Positions 1-8,706 of a DNA stretch of 64,000 bases are shown one piece after another. Position 1 is the first letter of the stretch. Every line of letters starts with the position of its first letter. Below the pieces are notes generated by a model. That model did no database searches, had not been told where the DNA came from, and was given only the letters and a program-made list of their open reading frames with translations. Location of the stretch: positions 2,240,001-2,304,000 of the forward strand of contig CAWCKY010000006.1 of the NCBI GenBank assembly GCA_963796275.1. Reading direction: 5' to 3'. A program made the translations under genes and the position numbers. Source of the stretch: an uncultured Acidobacteriota bacterium. GTDB taxonomy: Bacteria; Acidobacteriota; Blastocatellia; RBC074.

Positions 1-1
1 T

Positions 2-2809
2 CCGCGCGTCTGTCCGACGCGGGAGGGCGAATGGATTGTGACAGTCAACGATTCGGATGAGACGGAACGGTTGGTGTGGTTGCTGAGTTACGTTCAGGGC
101 GCTTTATTGGCAGAGGTGAGTCCTCATACACCGGAACTGCTCTTCAGCCTGGGCTCTTTCCTGGGGCAGGTAGACGCATCGCTCGCGGGCTTTTCCCATC
201 CGGCCGCGCAGCGCGATCTGAAATGGGATCTGGCGCGCGCATTCTGGGTGAAGGAACATCTGGGCTGCATCGAGGACGAATTTCGCCGTTCGATGGTCGA
301 AAATGTATTGCACCGCTATGAATCCGCTGTTATACCGCAATTGCCGGCGCTCAGAAAAAGCGTCATTCACAACGATGCGAACGATTACAACGTGATAGTG
401 AGCGATGCGAAAAGCCAGTCGCGTCAGGTCGTCAGCATAATCGACTTCGGCGATATGCTGTACACCTGCACCGTATTTGAAGTGGCTATTGCGGCGGCAT
501 ACGCGCTGCTCGACAAGCCTGATCCACTGGCGAGCGCGGCGCGGGTCGTCGCAGGCTATCATCAGGCTTATCCTCTCGCCGAGAACGAAATTGCCCTGCT
601 CTACGATTTGATCTGTGCGCGTCTTATGGTCAGCGTCGTCAATTCGGCGCGGCGCAAACATCTGCATCCCGATGACCCTTACATCATCATCAGCGAACGT
701 CCGGCGTGGGATGCGCTCGCGCAGCTCACCCAGATTCATCCGCGTTTTGCCCACTACACTTTTCGCCAGTCATGCGCCTTAGCGCCTGTGCCGCATAGCG
801 AACGCCTCGCCGATTGGCTGCACCAGCACGCGTCACAGTTCGTCTCCGTGTTGGATGAGGACTTGCGCACCGCGCCTAGTCTTGTTTTCGATTTGAGCGT
901 GGGCAGCTTGTTTCTCAGCGCCGATCCGGCGGCATTCGAAAGAGACACCTTGACCGAGAAAATCTGGCGAGAGATGGAGCGAGCGGGCGTGACCGTTGGC
1001 GTTGGCCGCTATGATGAAGCGCGGTCTGTCTATACCACGCCCGCATTCGCTCCCGGAGAGCGCGTTCATCCGACTTCCGAACATCGCACGATTCATCTGG
1101 GCGTGGATTTATTTGTCGAAGCGGATAGATCGGTATATGCGCCGCTGGATGGAGTGGTGTATTGCCTCGCCAACAACGAGGCGCGACTGGATTATGGCCC
1201 GCTTTTGATTCTACGACACCAGACAACGGATGGTCAGGAGTTTTTCACGCTCTATGGACATCTGAGCGCGGAACATCTGAGCGTGTTGCGGGTAGGGCAA
1301 TCCATCAAGCGCGGCCAACGCATCGCCGGCGTCGGCGCGCCTCCCGCAAATGGCGATTGGACGCCGCATCTGCATTTCCAGATTATCCTCGATCTTCTCG
1401 AACTTAACCGCGATTTCCCCGGCGTCGCGTACGCCAGCCAGCGCGAAATATGGAAGGGCTTGTCGCCCGATCCGAACCTGATTCTCGGCATCCCTGCCAA
1501 TCGTTTCCCGCATCCCGAACGATCAAAGGCTGAAACTCTCGTCGCGCGGCGGGTACATATCGGGCATAACTTGAGCCTTTCGTATCGCGAGCCGTTGAAG
1601 ATCGTGCGAGGCTGGCGCCAGTATTTATACGACGAAACCGGGCGCGCGTATTTGGATGTGTACAATAACGTGCCGCTCGTGGGTCACAGCCACCCGCGCG
1701 TTGTTCGAGCGGTCCAGCAACAATTGGCGCTGCTCAATACAAACACGCGCTACCTGCACGACAATATCGCGCGCTATGCCGAAGAGTTGACTGCGTTGAT
1801 GCCCGAACCGCTGAAGGTTTGCTACTTCCTCAATTCGGCCAGCGAGGCGAATGAACTCGCTTTACGCCTCGCGCGCGAGCACACGAAGCGGTATGACATC
1901 ATCGTGCTGGACGCAGCGTATCACGGACATACCAATGCGCTCATCGACATCAGTCCTTACAAATTCAACGGTCCTGGAGGGACGGGGAAAAAAGATTGGG
2001 TTCACATCGCACCGGTACCCGACGATTATCGCGGCGCATACAAACGCGGCGACTCCGAAGCCGGGAGCAAATACGCGCAGCAGATCGCTCGAATCATCGC
2101 GGAGTTGCCGAATGGCTTCGCGGCTTACATCGCCGAATCTTCGCCAAGCGTCGGCGGGCAGATTATTTTTCCGCCGGGTTACTTATCGGAAGTATATCAA
2201 CACATAAGAAATGCCGGCGGCGTCTGCATCGCCGATGAAGTGCAAGTAGGATTCGGCCGATTAGGCACCCATCTTTGGGGGTTCGAGACGCAAGGCGCCG
2301 TGCCCGATATCGTCGTACTCGGCAAACCCATCGGCAATGCATTCCCATTGGCTGCCGTCGTCACGACGCCGGAAATCGCTGCTTCGTTCGATAATGGCAT
2401 GGAATTCTTCAGCACCTTCGGCGGCAACCCCGTAGCGTGTGCGGCCGGCCTGGCAGTGCTGGATGTTTTACGCCAGGAAAGCTTGCAGGAGAACGCGCTG
2501 CACGTCGGCCATCATTGGCTGAACGGTTTGCGCGAATTGATGGATAAGCATCGCCTGATCGGCGATGTTCGCGGCTCGGGCCTGTTTCTCGGCATTGAAT
2601 TGGTGCGGGATCGCATGACACTTGAGCCGGCTGATACGGAAGCATCATATCTCGTCAATCGGCTGTGCGAATTCGCCATTTTAGCCGGGACCGACGGGCC
2701 GCATCACAACGTCATTAAGCTGCGCCCCCCGCTCGTATTTGCGCGAGACGATGCGGATTTCTTTATTACAACGTTAGATCGTATTTTCCACGAAGATGCT
2801 TTACGTTGA
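2..2809 (+). CDS. 5'-partial fusion: APH/hydroxylysine-kinase-like phosphotransferase + M23 peptidase-like domain + class III PLP aminotransferase/phospho-lyase
   Basis: Frame is open from the window edge. Kinase motifs HNDANDYN and IIDFGD; M23 motifs HLGVD and HLHFQ; class III motifs [17 protein letters not shown] and FSTFGGNP. Confidence 0.85.
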   Translation, partial: PRVCPTREGEWIVTVNDSDETERLVWLLSYVQGALLAEVSPHTPELLFSLGSFLGQVDASLAGFSHPAAQRDLKWDLARAFWVKEHLGCIEDEFRRSMVENVLHRYESAVIPQLPALRKSVIHNDANDYNVIVSDAKSQSRQVVSIIDFGDMLYTCTVFEVAIAAAYALLDKPDPLASAARVVAGYHQAYPLAENEIALLYDLICARLMVSVVNSARRKHLHPDDPYIIISERPAWDALAQLTQIHPRFAHYTFRQSCALAPVPHSERLADWLHQHASQFVSVLDEDLRTAPSLVFDLSVGSLFLSADPAAFERDTLTEKIWREMERAGVTVGVGRYDEARSVYTTPAFAPGERVHPTSEHRTIHLGVDLFVEADRSVYAPLDGVVYCLANNEARLDYGPLLILRHQTTDGQEFFTLYGHLSAEHLSVLRVGQSIKRGQRIAGVGAPPANGDWTPHLHFQIILDLLELNRDFPGVAYASQREIWKGLSPDPNLILGIPANRFPHPERSKAETLVARRVHIGHNLSLSYREPLKIVRGWRQYLYDETGRAYLDVYNNVPLVGHSHPRVVRAVQQQLALLNTNTRYLHDNIARYAEELTALMPEPLKVCYFLNSASEANELALRLAREHTKRYDIIVLDAAYHGHTNALIDISPYKFNGPGGTGKKDWVHIAPVPDDYRGAYKRGDSEAGSKYAQQIARIIAELPNGFAAYIAESSPSVGGQIIFPPGYLSEVYQHIRNAGGVCIADEVQVGFGRLGTHLWGFETQGAVPDIVVLGKPIGNAFPLAAVVTTPEIAASFDNGMEFFSTFGGNPVACAAGLAVLDVLRQESLQENALHVGHHWLNGLRELMDKHRLIGDVRGSGLFLGIELVRDRMTLEPADTEASYLVNRLCEFAILAGTDGPHHNVIKLRPPLVFARDDADFFITTLDRIFHEDALR

Positions 2810-2895
2810 CACTCCTACCGCTAGAAGCGGCGGGAGTCTTGCTTCTCGATGCCAACTGCTTCCTCGCCGGTAGTCTGGCACTGGCTCCACAACCT
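2806..2895 (-). mobile_element. IS200/IS605-family right end with TnpB omegaRNA (reRNA)-like scaffold; no tnpA/tnpB nearby
   Basis: Minus strand reads GGTTGTGGAGCCAGTGCCAGAC...GAAGCAAGACTCCCGCCGCTTCTAGCGGTAGGAGTGTCAA. The terminal hairpin, TCAA end and TGTGGAG...GAAGCAAGA layout resemble tnpB 3' ends. Confidence 0.65.
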
Positions 2896-3005
2896 AAACA
2901 ATCAGTTGTTTGGCCACATCACTAACAAGTACCTTGCGAGCGGCGGGGTATCCAATAACATGATACATGAAGGAGGTCACTGAGCCTATTTTTCATTCGG
3001 CTCAG

Positions 3006-3103
3006 GTCCGGCGCCCCTGCCGGGGAGAAATGCAATAACTATGGTCGGCCCGGTGGTTACGCTACGCTTCACCACCAGCTGCCTTCCGCTGCGCCTCCGG
3101 CGC
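3006..3103. repeat. REP-like multi-hairpin element
   Basis: Short GC-rich palindromes CCCCTGCCGGGG, GGTGG...CCACC and GCGCCTCCGGCGC in an intergenic position. Confidence 0.45.
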
Positions 3104-3305
3104 AAATTCAAAAGTTTGATGGCAAGCGATGAGCAGGGGCTTTCTTTGTGATGATGCGTTTGCCCTGTGATCCGATGCTATCGAGAGCGTCTTCCTACAA
3201 TGCCTGGTCGTGGCGGCGGGGCTGGAGGTGCCAAATAAAATTGGAACACCCTGATGTTTCACCACTCATTGAGTTGGGCACTCAAATACTGCAACAGAAG
3301 TCGTT

Positions 3306-3617
3306 TTACGCTGCCAGAGGGAGAAAAATTTGTTCGGGAGTCGCCGGCAACGTCGACAGTAACACCCGATTATCTTCTGCCGGTGAATTGGGTGCACCCT
3401 CTATCGAATGAATGAATGTCGCCATGTCATCAGCTGTCTTCAGCCGGCCTTCATCATATGCTTGCCAAAAGAGCCCTATCGTTTCGTTAGCGCTGAGTTC
3501 GTCTTTGTGTGTACTGAGAAATGTCATATCGTCTCTGTCCAAACTGACACACGTTCGATAGAGTCCTGTCGCATATTGCTTGATGACAACTGCAATTACC
3601 TGATTTCGACGAGCCAT
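3306..3617 (-). CDS. hypothetical protein (103 aa)
   Basis: ATG preceded by AGGAG; protein-like composition; AT-rich upstream region. Confidence 0.6.
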   Translation of the reverse strand: MARRNQVIAVVIKQYATGLYRTCVSLDRDDMTFLSTHKDELSANETIGLFWQAYDEGRLKTADDMATFIHSIEGAPNSPAEDNRVLLSTLPATPEQIFLPLAA

Positions 3618-4055
3618 ATTATTTCACTCCTTTTCAGTTTTTTTGTTTAGCAAATGCCTGCAGCTGCACAGAGCTGCGCCTCGACTGTTCGTACCTGATC
3701 CGTACTTGAACTGAGTCTAAGAGATTATTTTGAATTTCTATTTACTGTGGTGCTCCCGGTATTGGACCAAAGTATGTTTTTTCGATTTAGCGATACCGAT
3801 TGCAACATCAATTGCTATTTTCGGTATTATTACTCGACAGCCGAAAATATACCGAAAAGACGGAAATGGCGCAAGAAAAAAATGAGTTTTTATGCCATTA
3901 GGTGGCGTCAATGATGTTGTCGAGGTTGTACCGACCTGGGGGAATCACACCTTGACGTCGAACGGCGTGAAGCAGATTATGCTTCCCATCGACATCGTCA
4001 CCGGTATACATACAGTACCTCCTCGACGTATCGTGAAAATATAGGGAAAAATGCG

Positions 4056-5600
4056 ATGGCAAGAATCTTCGGTCTTTGTTGTTGTTTATTGTTTTTGGGT
4101 CTTACCGCCTCGACGCGTACCCTCAATAACAAGGTGCGGGTTGAGAGCGGTTTGCTCGAAGGCGCTCCCAGCTCGGTTGCCGGAGTGCAGGTCTACAAAG
4201 GCATTCCATTCGCCGCGCCGCCGGTCGGCGACCTGCGGTGGCGTTCGCCGCAGCCGCCTGCGAAGTGGGAAGGCGTGCGCAAGGCCGACAAGTTCTCGGA
4301 CAGTTGCGTGCAGAACCTCGCCCGGTCGCGCAACCCGTGGACGGCTGAATTTATGGTGCAGAATCAGGCCAGCGAAGACTGTCTCTGCTTGAATGTGTGG
4401 ACGGCGGCGAAAACAGAGAGCGAGCGGCGGCCCGTCTTCGTCTGGATACACGGCGGCGCCTTCGCGGAAGGTTCGGGGGAAGTTGCGGTTTATGACGGTG
4501 CGGAGTTGGCGAAAAAAGGATTGATCGTCGTCACGATCAACTACCGCCTCGGCGTCTTCGGTTTCTTAACGCATCCGGAACTGACCAAAGAATCGAGCCG
4601 GAACGCATCGGGCAATTACGGCCTGCTCGATGCGGTGGCGGCGCTGCAATGGGTGCAGAAGAACATCGCTGCCTTCGGCGGCGACCCGCAGCGCGTAACC
4701 ATAGCCGGGCAATCGGCGGGCGCCTCAGCGGTCCATGGGCTGACTGTGTCGCCGCTGGCCAAAGGGTTGTTTCATCGCGCGATCGCCGAAAGTGGCTCCG
4801 GTACCGGTCGACGGTACCGCAAACTGGCCGATGCGGAAAAAGATGGCGTGAAGTTTGCAGAATCGAAGAGCGCGCCATCGATCCGGGAATTGCGCGCAAT
4901 GGCGGCCGAGGATCTGACCGGCGGCGGGATGCGCTTCGGACCAGTAGTCGACGGTTGGTTCCTGCCGGCCGAAGCCGCCGCGATCTTCGCCGGCGGCAAA
5001 CAGAATGACGTGCCGATTCTGACCGGGCTGACCGCCGATGAAGGTAGCGCCTCGACGACTTACGGCAAGCTCGAAGCAGACGAATTCAAGAAACAGGTGC
5101 AAGAACGGTTTGGCGATCTGGCCGATGAGTTCATGAAGTTGTATCCCTCCGATAATGACGTGCAATCCGGCCAATCACAGAAACAGAGCGCGCGCGAGCA
5201 GGGGATGATCTCGATGCGCCTCTGGGCCGCCGAGCGCTCGCGCACGAGCAAAGCGAAGGCCTGGACGTATTACTTCTCGCGCGCCACCCCATGGCCGGAG
5301 CATCCTCAGTACGGCGCTTTTCACACGTCCGAAGTGCCTTACGTCTTCGGCAATTTCAGACTCCTGGACCGCCCTTGGGAGCCGATCGATCGCCAGCTCT
5401 CGGCAACCATGATGTCATACTGGGTGAACTTTGCGACGACGGGTGATCCCAACGGTAAGGGTCTTCCGCATTGGCCAGACTTCGATACGAAGGACCACGT
5501 TACCCTGGAACTCGGCGAGAAGACGGGAACGCGTTCCATTGCGGATACGGCGCGCCTTAAGTTTTTTGAAAAGTATTATGCCGGGCAACCAACTCAATAG
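4056..5600 (+). CDS. secreted type-B carboxylesterase (pNB-esterase family)
   Basis: Signal peptide, SEDCLCLNVW, HGGAF, GQSAG nucleophile elbow, AFHTSE. Confidence 0.92.
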   Translation: MARIFGLCCCLLFLGLTASTRTLNNKVRVESGLLEGAPSSVAGVQVYKGIPFAAPPVGDLRWRSPQPPAKWEGVRKADKFSDSCVQNLARSRNPWTAEFMVQNQASEDCLCLNVWTAAKTESERRPVFVWIHGGAFAEGSGEVAVYDGAELAKKGLIVVTINYRLGVFGFLTHPELTKESSRNASGNYGLLDAVAALQWVQKNIAAFGGDPQRVTIAGQSAGASAVHGLTVSPLAKGLFHRAIAESGSGTGRRYRKLADAEKDGVKFAESKSAPSIRELRAMAAEDLTGGGMRFGPVVDGWFLPAEAAAIFAGGKQNDVPILTGLTADEGSASTTYGKLEADEFKKQVQERFGDLADEFMKLYPSDNDVQSGQSQKQSAREQGMISMRLWAAERSRTSKAKAWTYYFSRATPWPEHPQYGAFHTSEVPYVFGNFRLLDRPWEPIDRQLSATMMSYWVNFATTGDPNGKGLPHWPDFDTKDHVTLELGEKTGTRSIADTARLKFFEKYYAGQPTQ

Positions 5601-5655
5601 ATGTAATCCGATCGGTTCATTCGCATTCGTATAACAGCGAAAAGGAAGTGTTCAT

Positions 5656-7266
5656 ATGAATAATCGAATCTTTACTCTGGCCATTTTGCTCGCACTCGCT
5701 CTAACCGCGGGGGCGCTCGCACAGGATCGCGTCAAGATCGCAAACGGCACGCTCGAAGGCGTTTCGGATAAAAGTACCGGCGTGCGCAGCTTTAAGGGCA
5801 TTCCATTCGGCGAGCCGCCCATCGGAAATTTGCGCTGGAAGCCACCGCAACCGGTCAAAAACTGGCAGGGTGTGCGGAATGCCGGCCAATTCGGACCGCG
5901 CTGTATGCAGCGTTCCATCTTCGGCGATATGAACTTTCGTTCAGATGGGATGAGCGAAGACTGTCTTTATTTGAATGTCTGGACTCCCGCCAAATCGGCC
6001 AATCAGAAGCTGCCGGTCCTGGTCTATTTCTTCGGCGGCGGGTTTGTGGCGGGCGACGGTTCGGAGGGCCGCTACGACGGCGAGAGCATGGCGAAGAAGG
6101 GTATCGTGGCGATCACCGTCAATTACCGGCTGGGCGTGTTCGGTTTCATGGCGCATCCCGAGCTGACGAAAGAGTCGCCGCAGCGGGCATCCGGCAATTA
6201 CGGCCTGTTTGATCAGCACGTGGCGCTCAAGTGGGTACAACAGAACATCGCGGCCTTCGGCGGTGATCCGAAGCGCGTGACGATTGCGGGCGAGTCCGCC
6301 GGATCCATCGCTGTCAGCGCGCAGATGGCTTCGCCTCTATCGAAAAACCTGATCGCGGGCGCGATCGGTGAGAGCGGCTCGATCCTCGGCGCCCTTTCGG
6401 CCATCCCGCTGGCGCAAGCCGAGGAGGCCGGCATCAAGTTCGCATCCAGTCTCGCCGAGGGGGCCTCATTAAGCGAACTTCGTGCGATGAGCGCCGAACG
6501 ATTGCTCGAAGCCACGGCGAAACCGGGCCAACCCCGGTTCACCCCGACCGCAGATGGCTACTTTTTCCCGAAATCTCCCTTCGATATTTACGCCGCTGGC
6601 GAACAGGCGCACGTTCCGCTTCTGGCGGGAGTGAACTCCGAAGAGATGGGCTATTTCGCAGTGATGGGGCGAGAGAAACCGACGGTCGAAAACTACCGGA
6701 AGGCGCTCGAACGGCTCTATCCGGGCAAGAGCGAAGAGGTTTTCCAACTCTATCCTGCCTCGAACGAAACCGAAGTGATGGATTCCGCTCAGGATTTGGC
6801 GAGCGACCGCTTCATCAGCTACAGCACGTGGAAGTGGGTGGACGTGGCGACGAAGACGGGCGGAAAGCCGACCTACTATTATCTTTACGCCCGTCCCCGT
6901 CCGGCGATGAGACCGGAGATGGGCGACGCCCAGCCAGGTCTCGCGGGCGGAGTTGTGCGAGGAGCGGCCAATCCGCGGCCCCAGCCGCGTGGGGCTGTTC
7001 ACTCGGCTGAGATCGAGTACGCGATGGGCAACCTCGATTTGAACAAGGTCTATGCCTGGACGCCCGATGATTACAAAGTCTCGCAAGTCACGCAGGAATA
7101 TTTCGCCAACTTCATCAAAAGCGGGAATCCGAACGGCAAGGGGTTACCGAACTGGCCGAAGTTCGGTGAGGGACAGCGAATCGTCATCGACGTGAATACT
7201 CGCGCCCAAGCCGATAAGGCGCGAGCGCGTTATGAATTCCTCGATCAGTTCTATATCAAAAAGTAA
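5656..7266 (+). CDS. secreted type-B carboxylesterase
   Basis: Signal peptide, SEDCLYLNVW, GESAG, AVHSAE; tandem paralogue of the previous gene. Confidence 0.92.
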   Translation: MNNRIFTLAILLALALTAGALAQDRVKIANGTLEGVSDKSTGVRSFKGIPFGEPPIGNLRWKPPQPVKNWQGVRNAGQFGPRCMQRSIFGDMNFRSDGMSEDCLYLNVWTPAKSANQKLPVLVYFFGGGFVAGDGSEGRYDGESMAKKGIVAITVNYRLGVFGFMAHPELTKESPQRASGNYGLFDQHVALKWVQQNIAAFGGDPKRVTIAGESAGSIAVSAQMASPLSKNLIAGAIGESGSILGALSAIPLAQAEEAGIKFASSLAEGASLSELRAMSAERLLEATAKPGQPRFTPTADGYFFPKSPFDIYAAGEQAHVPLLAGVNSEEMGYFAVMGREKPTVENYRKALERLYPGKSEEVFQLYPASNETEVMDSAQDLASDRFISYSTWKWVDVATKTGGKPTYYYLYARPRPAMRPEMGDAQPGLAGGVVRGAANPRPQPRGAVHSAEIEYAMGNLDLNKVYAWTPDDYKVSQVTQEYFANFIKSGNPNGKGLPNWPKFGEGQRIVIDVNTRAQADKARARYEFLDQFYIKK

Positions 7267-7414
7267 CTTTGCATCGGTCCCGCGACAATACTGAGCGTGG
7301 CCCACTGGAACGAAGCGTACCACTGTCATTTCGAAGTAGATGCCTTTCTTTCCCCGTAAATCCGCGAGATCGTCACTCGCGATCACATGTTAGGAGATTG
7401 AGGAGCGGGTAGAG

Positions 7415-8476
7415 ATGAGTTATTTATTTGAGCCATTAGAGATCAGGAGTCTGCGCTTTAGAAATCGTATCTTCGTTTCACCGATGTGCCAGTATTCGAG
7501 CGATGACGGCATGCCTCGCGATTGGCATCTCGTCCATTTAGGCAGTCGCGCCGTCGGAGGCGCGGCGTTGGTCATGGTAGAGGCGACCGCGGTCACGCCC
7601 GAAGGCAGGATTTCGCCGTACGATTCGGGGATCTGGTCGGATTCGCATGCGGAAGCCTTCCAACCAATCACAGCCTTCGTGAAATCGCAGGGAGCAGCGG
7701 TGGGAATTCAGATTGCCCACGCCGGGCGTAAAGCCTCCACCGATGTTCCGTGGCGCGGCGGTAAACCGCTCTCTCCTGAAGCCGGAGGTTGGCAACCCGT
7801 CGCACCGAGTGCGCTGCCATTCGCGGAAGGATATGCGAAGCCTCACGAATTGTCGGAGTGGGAGATTGACGAGGTGGTCGGATGCTTCGCCGAGGCTGCC
7901 CGCAGGGCTGAGCGGGCCGGCTTCGATGTCGTGGAGATTCATATGGCGCACGGCTATCTGCTGCACGAATTTCTTTCACCGCTCTCGAACCGGCGAAGTG
8001 ATCGATATGGCGGCGATCTCACCGGGCGCCTAAGCGTGCCGTTGAAGGTCGCCGCCGCTGTGCGTGAAACATTTCCTGCTCACTTGCCGGTTTTCGTACG
8101 CATCTCGTCGACCGATTGGGTGGAGAACGGTTGGGACCTGGAACAGTCGATCGTCTTCGCGCGCGAGTTGAAGAATGCAGGCATCGATTTGATCGATTGT
8201 TCGAGCGGAGGCAATGTCGCCGGCGCGTCTATACCCATCGCGCCTGGTTATCAAGTTCCGTTCGCCGCGGCAATCCGCAAGAGGGCGGGCATCAAAACCG
8301 GGGCTGTTGGAATGATCACCGATCCGCATCAGGCGGAACAGCTTATCGCGCACGGTGATGCCGATGCGGTACTGCTGGGAAGGGAATTGTTGCGTGATCC
8401 ATATTGGCCCCTGCGCGCCGCGAGGGCCCTGGGTGTGGATGTCTCCTATCCGGTGCAATACGAGCGAGCGAAATAA
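7415..8476 (+). CDS. NADH:flavin oxidoreductase / Old Yellow Enzyme (YqjM/NamA-like)
   Basis: SPMCQYS, HAGRKAS, HMAHGYLLHEFLSP, C-terminal PVQYER. Confidence 0.92.
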   Translation: MSYLFEPLEIRSLRFRNRIFVSPMCQYSSDDGMPRDWHLVHLGSRAVGGAALVMVEATAVTPEGRISPYDSGIWSDSHAEAFQPITAFVKSQGAAVGIQIAHAGRKASTDVPWRGGKPLSPEAGGWQPVAPSALPFAEGYAKPHELSEWEIDEVVGCFAEAARRAERAGFDVVEIHMAHGYLLHEFLSPLSNRRSDRYGGDLTGRLSVPLKVAAAVRETFPAHLPVFVRISSTDWVENGWDLEQSIVFARELKNAGIDLIDCSSGGNVAGASIPIAPGYQVPFAAAIRKRAGIKTGAVGMITDPHQAEQLIAHGDADAVLLGRELLRDPYWPLRAARALGVDVSYPVQYERAK

Positions 8477-8585
8477 TCAGCTCCATCGTGATGCGATAGA
8501 GTAAGCCAGGGTGGGTCTTTCATGATTCGCGCCTCGCTCCGTTAGGGGAGGGAATTGAAGAGGAAGGTTTTCACCTGGCGGGAAC

Positions 8586-8620
8586 CAGCCTCTTCGCTGC
8601 TAACGGCGGCGAAGAGGCTG
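8586..8620. terminator. stem-loop between convergent genes
   Basis: CAGCCTCTTCGC...GCGAAGAGGCTG inverted repeat. Confidence 0.6.
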
Positions 8621-8706
8621 ATCAGTTGCAAAATCCTCGAGAATTATACCGAATCACCTGTCAGGTTATTCCGTTCGTTCCGTTCTTGCTTTCGTACCTT
8701 GCTTTA

